DNA of 59,837 nucleotides, the filler included. It is 2 parts of 2 records of this genome, joined end to end, with 100 filler letters (N's around TTAATTAATTAA, not from the genome) between each part and the next. Parts side by side here need not be neighbours in the genome. Positions count along the whole stretch, not along the records: positions 1 to 31,933 come from SRR20825019_328; positions 32,034 to 59,837 come from SRR20825019_332. The stretch is one strand, 5' to 3'. This document shows positions 23,992-33,309 of this stretch, in pieces. Position numbers and translations under genes: made by a program. The notes under the pieces are model-generated. The model worked only from the letters and a program-made list of their open reading frames with translations, did not search any database and was not told the origin of the DNA. Position 1 is the stretch's first letter. The number at the start of each line of letters is the position of its first letter.

Positions 23992-25390
23992 TCATGCTTT
24001 TGCTCGAGCAGCAGTAATTTTTGCATCGAAAGCGTCAAGTTCCTTCATCATGTCCTGTATTTCGGATGTATTGTATGGACTCGGTGAATTGGGTTTTCTC
24101 AATCTTGCCGAGGCCGCTTGAGACTTGGTGCTGGCAAGTCCACCCATAGTGCTGCTATTCTCATGGTTCTTGGAGGAATAGCGGAGTGATTCAGTTGCCA
24201 TAGTTGTTGCAGTCATGTGCCTGCTTCTCCGAAAGTGGTCGTTGGCAACATTTCCAACCATGCTATCCTCCATCGCTGAGTTTGCGCCCGGCATTGTCGT
24301 AGTCTTTGCAGCAATGGGAACTTCGACCTGCAATAATCGAAGGTCGTCTCAGTAACTGTTACAGAGTTGACACCACATCTTTCTTACCATTGGGGGTACA
24401 TGGCTAACTGCATGGCTGTACTTCATCTTCCGCTCATTCCACTCACGCTCGGTGAGCTCATTCTTGAACTTATATCGCTTTTGCTCCCTTTTCTGCAGTA
24501 GAGTTGTCTTTCGAACTTGCCGGCTTTCTAGCAGGTCACCAACTCTAGCAGTCTCCAGTCTTGATCTCACATCTTTTTCCAGTTGCCTTGCCTCCCGATT
24601 TTTCATTTCGATTTCCGCAAAAGTTTTGTCCTTTGTTAATGCCAAGGAGTAGTCTTGGGTGTGTGATACTGTGCGGGGCTGTAACATCGTGACATCTCTA
24701 TAGAATACTGGCTCGATTCTGGTCATGCTGCCCGACAGACGATAAGCACATATTTCGAAGCGATTGTACCGATAACTTACGCTGAGGATGGGCGGCCTAG
24801 CTTTTTCGTCTGTACCTGTCCATGAGCAGTCTTTGTCCTGAGCGTTGCAGACTGTGGTCTTTTGCGGGTGGTTTTCACTTCAACTCCTTGAAGTGAAGTT
24901 TCCGTGTCTCCTTCCTTCTTCAGTATCCCCCCTTGAGTGCCAAGCATTTGCGAACTTGCCGTTGCACCGTCTACTCGATTGGTTACACCATGCCTGGTGC
25001 TGCTTTGGCTGTAGTCGTAAAAGAACTCGTCCTCTGAACGCTTTGGTGGTTGGTACGCTCGCAAACCCATCTTAACGTATTCCTCGTCATCTCCCACAAC
25101 TCTTCCGAGGTATTTCTCGGGTCTTTCCCTATCTCTATAGAAGTCGAACCTTAATCCCCAGTCATGCTCAAACTCTGCGATATCGGCCATAACTTGGTGG
25201 CTGGAGAGAGACGACATCAGCAACACAAGCCTCTGCGGTTCTTCCATACGTACTGCTCAAGTTCTCTCTGAAACACTTGCTTCTTCTTCTTCATCAATTT
25301 ATCTAACTGGCGGGCTTCCTTGTGCGTCCTCAGTCCACCTCTTAGAGTATACTCAGGAGGAATCATGTCCAAACTAAACTCCTCGGCCAT
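23992..25390 (-). CDS. Multi-exon hypothetical protein (basic/coiled-coil), with a 46-nt 5'UTR intron at 25397-25442
   Basis: MAEEFSLDMIPPEY.. joined by short introns to ORFs 24777-25247, 24349-24726 and 23992-24333. No family recognised. Confidence 0.65.
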
Positions 25391-25469
25391 ACTTTTCTGT
25401 GTGAGCAGTGTTTCGGATGTGTAGTGATGTCCGGTGACTTACCTTTATGGGAAGAAAATGGAAGAGGAG

Positions 25470-26540
25470 TCACCGGACTGCCAGGGCGGCTGGGTTCGGC
25501 AGGCCCCTGTAAGTGTGACCCACAGTGAACGACCGCACGACAGTCGTGTCCGGCGGAAAATCACTCACTGACGACAACCCCGGCCCTGCCGTAGCGGGGG
25601 GACGTGACGGCCCGGCGGCCGGCGGCCCAGTGTCCCTGAGGGGTTTCCGCCGAGCCCGGCGGCCGCCGCGGGAGTCTGCCGTCTGACTCACCACTCGCCC
25701 CGCCGGCCCGGCCGGGGGCCCAGGTCGGCGCAGGCCAGCATCTGTCGCGGGCCCCTGTCGCGGGCCCCTATGCCGGCCGCCTGAGCCCGCGCCGGCCGGC
25801 GGCCCCCAGGCGAGTCGCCGCTCACTGCCGGCTGGCCGGCCGCCGCCGGCCTGCGCGGCCGGCTTGGGGGGGAGTGACTCTGATGAGCGGCCACTGACCG
25901 GCACCCCATGCCGGAGGCTGGCCGTGTCCGGCGGGCTGCGCGGACGGGAACCGCTGGTTGGCGCCCGGGCGCCGGCCAACTCGGAAGGCGGCCTTTGGGG
26001 ACCACCCGGAGCGGGCGTCCCCGGCGGATTTCAAACCTGACTGCCTTGCTGACCAAACGTTTGGCCCCCAAGCCTGAACCGGGGACCGATGGAAGCGCCT
26101 TGGCACCCCGGCCCGGCGTTTGATTTGTTCTCCGTTGTCTCGTTGTTGGACATGTGTAAATCAGGCCGAGGAGGCCTCTCATGACCAAACGCCCTCACCG
26201 AAAGCCCGCGTGTGTGCCGAGGGCCGCAGTGGCAGCCGTCGGATGCGGCCTATCTATCCAATGCACGCCCGGTCAACTCATCATCCCGGAGCGACCCCCG
26301 CCGCCCGGCGAGCGGCAGCGGAGCCCGCGGCCGGGGGCGGCACACCAGGTCCCATCGTCTCAGTCTGAACGTCCTCGGCCGCCGGCGGAGCCTCGCGGCG
26401 CTCTAGTCAGTCACCGGTGTCCCCAAGCGAGCGCTAAACCGGGACCGCTGTGGGTCGCTCGGTCCCCCTTCCGCCGCATACTGCGGCCCTGCCGTGGGCT
26501 GTCACCACGTGTCGGCCCTGAGACCTTGGTGCGGCGACCA
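25470..26540. promoter_or_regulatory. Longest GC-rich island, in the divergent hypothetical / SK channel promoter region
   Basis: About 1 kb of GGCC/CCGG-rich sequence between divergent ATGs. Confidence 0.6.
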
Positions 26541-26624
26541 CCGGCTAACCCACTATTAACACATACTATTTAAGACTGTTTAGGCGGACAGTCCAAGCAG
26601 AGTGGCTGAGCGGCTTCGTGGAAG

Positions 26625-28930
26625 ATGGGTTTCTTTGACCGGCGTCGCAGTCGGTCGAGTACTAGAGGGAACCGACTGGATGACGACGACGACGACGATA
26701 GTACTCACGATATGGAGATGAACAATGTGTTTAGCTCCATGAACAAGTCAAAACCTCTGCTTACTTTTGACATGCTTGGTGGAAACACATCGCAACCGTA
26801 CTGTAGCAATATTGTCCTGTTGTAGCTAACGTCTTATGGTTCCGTTAGTGATTCTCCAACTTTAGCGTCAGATGGCGAGGGTGGCACGGTCCCTCATATG
26901 CGTAAGTCCTATCTAACTCGCTGCTACGCACTGCTATTCACATGCGTCTAGTGCAAAAGAAGCAGCGTTCAGTGCGCACGCTCGACGTGTATGATGTTAA
27001 AGGTCGAAGACAAAGCAGAATGGATGCAGGAAACGCCGCTGAAGCGCAGGCTGCACAAGCTTTTATACAAGCACTGCAAGGCGAAACAACAGTTTCAAAA
27101 CGAGAAATCAGGTCGGCGCTCATTTCTGGCTAGTGGTTCCATCCTCATCTTTATTGCAGAATGATGGTGCCGGAGTTTGACAAGATGGTTAGGACGCGGA
27201 GCTGGACGTCTTTCATTCTGGCTTTGATAACTATCTTCATTCAGTGCATCGAGGTAACTTACCGAGTTCTTCCATTGCTTATCGTTAATGGTTTTATATA
27301 GCTACTTGTCCTGTGGAACGGGAAGATTGAGAAGCCCTCCATTTACACTCAAATGCTCAAGTTATTGAACATAGTTGTATCTATTCTGCTTGTTCTTTCA
27401 TTAATTAGATACTATCGCATTCAAGCTCGTATCGAAGAGAGGAAGTTCTACATTAAGGGTACGTATGACTTCCCACATGGATGCCATGTCAAGTAACAAG
27501 TTGATTTCAGGGTACTCCTTTTCCCTGCTGCGCGCATCTTCTATGAAATGGAGACTCATGGGTGAAATCTTAATATGTTGCATTCAGCCTTGGCCATATC
27601 TGGATGTGCTCACCTCCCCTAAGGGTGGGTTTACCTTCTTGTTCACCTGGCCAATCTAACAATCTGAGGAACAGATCAATACAAACCGTTCCCGTTGTTT
27701 GACGATAAGCTCGGATTGTTTATGTTTATTCGTCTCTATTTGGTGTTCCGTGTCCTTCGAGATACCAGTCCCATTTACAGACGAAGGAAGGAACTCATGG
27801 AGGACCCCAGATATGATGGCCCGAGACTTACGTATGTGACTACTGCCGCTGTCCACCATTACGCCCTGACACAGATCCAGATGGAAGATGTCTGTTAAGA
27901 CTCGGTTGTATCAGAATGCTTTCTATGTTTGCTTTTTCTTTATTACCTTGTGCTTTGTTGTGTGTTCATTCTCCCTGTACATTGCTGAAAGGTACGTGAT
28001 TTCCTCGTCCATGCATGCCCCATCATGCTGAAGTTGTGCCTCAGAGCTGACGATGATGATACAAAGTGGGATGACTACCTCACAAGCTTTTGGGTATGGC
28101 ATATGTTGTTGTACAACTTGCATTGAGTTCACATGAACATTTGCAGTTCATGGCATATACAATGACATCGGGCGAAGCGGTTCCCGAGACCCCTAAGACA
28201 CATCTAGGCTTGTTGTTTGGAGTGGTGGGTGTTTGATACCGTCTGTTGAACTTCCTAACAACCAGACAGGTTGGTGCCATCGTTGGTATTACAGTGACAG
28301 CGATTGTCACTTCTGTCCTAACAAATAAGATGAGCTTGTCGCACCATGAGAACTTTGCTGTAGAATGGGTTCAAGTAGAGAATCTTGGGATTAGGGAAAG
28401 GGATCTTGGGGCTAGATTGATTCAGATGGCCTGGAGGCGCTACGCGAGGCGTAAGCGTCGGGGTGAGAATCCTTCGAAAAGCGTGCGCCGTCAGGAGGTC
28501 AGGGAGGACATTACCTTCCAACTTCTACTGCGCCGTATGATCAAGAAACTCACCAAAACAAGGGCGTAAGTATTGAAAGTGCATTGTCAGCTGTTGTCTA
28601 ATCGCTACATTTAGGAAACTGAGCAATGCTGTGAAATTGAATTCGGATCCTGTAATGATGCATATTCTGGCAGTGGAGTCTGATCTTGATGTATTACAGA
28701 ATTCTGTTAACAAGATCAGGAGCATGTAAGCAGGGTTGATGATGTGGCTTTTTTGATTTGGCTGATGAGTTTCTACTAGGCTCGATGAGGTTGTTGAGGC
28801 TCAAAACAATATGAGAAAGGAGAATGATCGGCGGCATGAGGAGATCTTGGATGCATTATATGAAATCAAGGTGGGCATGAACGGGAAATCGTCAGGAAAA
28901 GCCCGGCGAAGCACAGTCGCAGAGCATTAA
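26625..28930 (+). CDS. SK/IK (KCNN)-like Ca2+/calmodulin-gated channel subunit with non-canonical pore (many short introns)
   Basis: GEILICCIQPWP (S3), LFMFIRLYLVFRVLRD (S4), YIAER (end of S5), YLTSFWFMAYT (pore helix), S6 GITVTAIVTSVLTNKMSL, CaM-binding ARLIQMAWRRY and a C-terminal coiled coil. The 5' exons are approximate. Confidence 0.85.
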
Positions 28931-28977
28931 AATACAGACTTTTGGGACATCTTGAGTTTACAAAATCAAAATGTGCT

Positions 28978-30859
28978 TTAGATCCCGCCAAGGATAGCGG
29001 CAAAGAGCTTGACCAAACGCCAGGACGACGGGTGAGTCATGAATGCAGTAAGCCTGCGGTTGGTCTTAAGGTGGAGAGCACCGTTGGGAGGGAGCCGCTG
29101 CGAGGCAAGATACTCAAATGGAGCCGTCAGAACTTGACGCTCAGGAGAGGAAATCATCATTGCGTTGTGAACCTTGCCAAGCCCCGACTGGATGTCCTCA
29201 AGCGAATGGCCAGGGAATGCTCCCCAAGGCGCACAAGAGTATATCGCACCGAAGCCCCCCCAAATATTGATACCAAGGCTTCCAACCTTGAAAGACTGGG
29301 CGATTTTCTCGAATTCTTCAGCATTGTCCTTCTTTGTCTTGTCATCAATGATGATGGTACCAGTCAGTGTCCCCTGGATTAACGACGATTAATGAAATGC
29401 AAATACAAAAAATTACACTTCATACCCAAATCTTATCATTGGCGACTTCAACGGCCTTCTTCAAAAAGTCCATGGGCCCAGATCCTTCGGGAAGAGTCAG
29501 GGGCATCTCAGTCAGAACACTGCAGAAAGCCTCGTTTTGGGTTGCGTAGTGAGTCTCGTCAATTCCAATCTTGAAAATGCGATCAAACTGATCATTCAGT
29601 TTGCTGTCAATCTTTGGGGCTTCCACGACATCTCCATCATCAACATGCTCGCGGTGGGCCTTCCACATACGCTCTGAGTTGGGGTAGTACGTGCGGACAG
29701 CAGGATACTTGCCCAAGAAATACCTCACACGCTCCAAGAAGCGCTCACGCTAACCATGTCAAAGAATGTTAGGTACAGTGCGCACAATTCACAAGAATGG
29801 ACACATACTTGCGGCCAGGACGCATCGGTAATAATGACCTGAGGAGAGGCACAGATGTGTCCAGCATTGGCCATCTTGCAACACACTAAGTTCTCGGCTT
29901 GCTGGTCGAGCTGCTTATCGGTCCACTTGGCGGGGGTTATCAAGAAGGTGTTGACAGATCCAAGCTCAGCTTCCACCTCCTTGCTGTACTTCTTGCAGCA
30001 AGTCTCCATGTTATTCTTCTGCTCCTTGGGATCGCCCCACACAATACGGTTCACTGAGTGGTGTGATCCAGTGAGAAGCAACCCGTTGGATTCTTCAACC
30101 TTGAGGAGAGCCTGACCTACAGACACGTCTCCGGTAAAGCTAGCCACATAACCTGCAATGACACTTAGGACTCAGCAGTCGAAGAGGAGAGTTCTTGTTT
30201 ACCTCCTTCAACAAGAGGACCCAAAACCTTCTCGATGATGGGAAGGGTCTTCTCGTTGACAGGATTGGCCTTCATGAGGCAAACCTGGTTCTCCACAAAG
30301 AGCGTGGTGAGAACGTCACCAGCCGACTCAAAGTTTCCTAAAAATAGAATCAATACGAATCAAACAGGGAACTCTGAACCACAACACCCATACCAGCAGA
30401 GAGGATAGTCTTCACACCGGCTTCCTTCTTAGTGGGATCAAAGGTTTCGACGTCCTTACCGGGCTCAACCCAAGTCTCAACTTCAAGACCACCAGAAAAA
30501 GCCTTAAAAAGACCAGTATAAGGAAACACCTTAGCGGCTTTTTGATCACCAATAGAGCGAGTGGCCGGCTGCATTGCCTTGCCAGTTTTCACAAAGGACT
30601 CATATGTGTCAATGAGGAAGGTGACAAAAAGTCCCATCATCACTGGACCAAGGAGAAGAGCTTCCGCCTGGAGGTGAGGAATCTCAGGACCGTACGAACG
30701 CTGTTCGCACATGGCTTCACGCCACTCTTCCCCATGCTTCTCAAGGTTCGTCCTAATGGTCTTGAGAATATCAAGGCGTTCGCCATAGCTTTTAGCGGCC
30801 CACTCCTCCTTCTTGGCAACAGTGAGTCTAGCTTTTTCTTCCACACTAAGAGATGGCAT
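28978..30859 (-). CDS. Aldehyde dehydrogenase family protein (multi-exon)
   Basis: Motifs SAGNF (across intron 30338-30393), MKANPVN, LLTGS, catalytic Glu EAELGSVN, catalytic Cys NAGHICASPQ, EAFCSVL. Confidence 0.88.
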
Positions 30860-30959
30860 TGTCGGGTGTTATTTCATCGTTTGATGACCTTGTCATATCT
30901 AACTATAACAGCAGTGAAAGGCACAATGCCGGTCAACTCGAAGAAATTGATAACTAGAC

Positions 30960-31300
30960 CAACGGAGCCTGGAAAAGGCTGCGGCGAAACAAAGGACGAA
31001 CCGCCGTGACGGTGTTGCCGGGACACGGTTCATTGGCCGGTATCACCCTAGCGGGCCCGGCTGACGCATCCGAATCACTGAAGGATCCCTTGCCACCGGA
31101 TCCCTCCAGAAAGGTCGGCCGTGCCGACCCGGGGGCCGGGTGCCGACCCAGCCCGGCGGCCCGTAACTTCCAAGTTCCGCGAGGCCCATCACGACTCCGC
31201 CGGCTCAAAGTGTCAAGAGTCGCAGGCGGGTGACGACACGGGCCCGACCGGACCTCCGGGCTGATCAAGCTCGGGTCGACCCAGTCTACAACCCGAACTC
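30960..31300. promoter_or_regulatory. GC-rich island upstream of the ALDH gene
   Basis: GC-rich block just 5' of ATG 30859. Confidence 0.5.
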
Positions 31301-31314
31301 ACTCTAATAGTAGA

Positions 31315-31933
31315 CTAAAATACCCCAAATGGGAAGATTGTCATGGGACTTATAATTAGAAGCTCATCCGGCATTCCAAGATGTCGTATGATTGTTAAGG
31401 CATATTTAGTTGCTGCAAAACTCGTAGTGGGGAATATCAGGTTCCGGTGGTTCAGGAGGACGCTGGTGAGGAATTCGGCGCTGGTGGTGTCGTTCTGGTT
31501 TTTATTCTTGCGTCCTTCTGTGTTGTTGGACTGCATGGATTGCTCCACGAGCTCGGCGTAGCGCTCATACGCCACGCGAGCCTGGGATTCGTTGTTTTCG
31601 GGCCTCTGCGGCGGGATCGAGCATCCCGGAGGGAAGGTCGCCATCAAAACAAGCCGGCTCAAACTGGGGATGTGGTTTCTTCATGATTCCCGTTGTCGTT
31701 GTCATCATCCCCGCCCGCGCCCATTCCTTTTCTGGCTCGGTCAAGAAAGGACTTGGCAGTGGCGCCGTCGATCTTGGCGAAATTTCCGTACGTATACCGA
31801 GCTGGGGGTGGTGGGACTGCGCATACCGCAGCGCGGACTCGAGTACTCACTGCACCTCGTGCTCTGTCAACCAGCACCGATGTCACTATGGCCCCCCTAT
31901 GGTCACGGGGTGGGCTTCCAGTGGCACAGCTCT
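31315..31933 (-). CDS. Possible 5'-truncated hypothetical gene at the contig end
   Basis: Two minus-strand ORFs (31659-31886, 31315-31662) can be joined by a possible 59-nt GTTTGA..CGCAG intron. No recognisable family. Confidence 0.3.
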
Positions 31934-32033
31934 NNNNNNNNNNNNNNNNNNNNNNNNNNNNNNNNNNNNNNNNNNNNTTAATTAATTAANNNNNNNNNNN
32001 NNNNNNNNNNNNNNNNNNNNNNNNNNNNNNNNN
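31934..32033. other. Artificial contig-concatenation linker (44 N + TTAATTAATTAA + 44 N)
   Basis: Symmetric N runs flank a 12-mer with stops in all six frames. Genome style changes abruptly across it. Confidence 0.98.
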
Positions 32034-33303
32034 GCCGGGAGGCTGTTTTGCAGATACTTATCACTGGAAGGACGGTGTTGGTCCACAAGAAGATCGGCCT
32101 ACCATTGTAAACCGTTGGTGGGGCGGGACCACAGAGGATAACAGCTTTGGGACCCATAACTTTTTAAATCTTTGTGAAGTGCTTGAAGCAGAGCCCTATC
32201 TCTCAGCCAACGTGGGCAGTGGAACCGTGCAGGAGCTTATCGACTGGGTACAGTATACCAATCATGACGGAATTAGTCCAATGGCCGACTGGCGACGTGA
32301 AAATGGAAGGGAAGAACCCTGGAAAGTCAAATATTGGGGTGTGGGCAACGAAACATGGGGTTGTGGCGGAAATATGACCGCGGAGTATTACGCGGACATT
32401 TACCGTCAATATGCCACTTTTATGCCCGGTTGGTCCGGAGAGACCGAAGTGTACAGGATTGCATCAGGAGCGTCTGAAGACGATTATCATTGGACGGAAA
32501 CCTTAATGAAAAATGTACCTCACGAATTGATGGAGGCCGTTGCGCTGCACGATTATGCTGTGTTTGATTGGTCCGATAAAGGTCCATCGGTCAATTTTGA
32601 TGAAGAGATCTATTTTAAAACGATGGAACAGGCACTGAACATGGAAGAATATGTGACCAAGCATATCGAAATAATGGATAAGTACGATCCTGATGGTAAG
32701 GTAGACCTTTTTGTCGACGAATGGGGAGGGTGGTACGATGCCGAACCAGAAGTAGCAAACGGGGTACTTTTTCAACAGAATACCATCCGTGATGTGATGA
32801 TTGCAGGTACGGTGCTCAATACATTTAATAATCATGCCCGAAGGGTCAAAATGGCCAACTTGGCACAAATGGTCAATGTGCTACAGGCAGTGATACTCAC
32901 CGATGAAGAGAAAATGATCAAAACGCCTACATACCATGTCATGCACATGTACAAAGTGCACCATGATGCAAAACTGTTGCCATCCAAAGTTGAAGATAAT
33001 ATAGAGTATAGAGGACTTCCGGTGGTATCCGTATCTGCGTCAAAGGATGAAGCAGGGAAAGTTCATATTTCTTTGGTCAACATTGACCCGGAAAAGGATG
33101 TTGAGGTAGAGGTGGACATTTCCACATTGGAAATTAAAAAGATTGAAGGAAATATTTTGACATCGGAAAAGCTTCAAGATCATAACTCCTTCGACAACCC
33201 AGAAAAGGTGACACCGAAGGAATTTAAGGATGTCAAATTGAAAAAAGGGAAAATCTCCCTCACCATCCCCGCACACTCACTTATAGTCTTACAGGGAAGT
33301 TAA
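32034..33303 (+). CDS. Alpha-L-arabinofuranosidase GH51, 5'-truncated
   Basis: PGGCFAD, FGTHNF, WGVGNETWGCGG (acid/base Glu), VDEWGGW (nucleophile), MANLAQMVNVLQA. The frame is open from the contig start. Confidence 0.95.
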
Positions 33304-33309
33304 GAGAAC

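Larger units (their letters stand above)
1..31933. other. Eukaryotic (protist-like) nuclear contig
   Basis: ORFs are interrupted by GT..AG introns whose removal restores frame. Eukaryote-specific products are present (CDC26, calcineurin B, ERV1). Confidence 0.97.

Noticed and set aside
1362-25890. CTGATGA words (about 1362, 7371, 13961, 25880) as hammerhead ribozyme cores
   Set aside because: None is followed by stem II and GAAA with stems I and III.
28092-28100. GGG TAT GGC (GYG) near the channel pore
   Set aside because: It is out of frame with the pore helix, spans the splice donor and runs into a stop.
31315-31460. Faint resemblance of NHRNLIFPTTSFAATKYALTI to a hAT transposase dimerisation domain
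   Set aside because: The WW and S..ER.FS motifs are missing and no terminal inverted repeats are visible.
31000-33000. Horizontal transfer of a bacterial region into a eukaryotic chromosome
   Set aside because: The junction is a synthetic six-frame-stop linker, and the bacterial gene is truncated at it.
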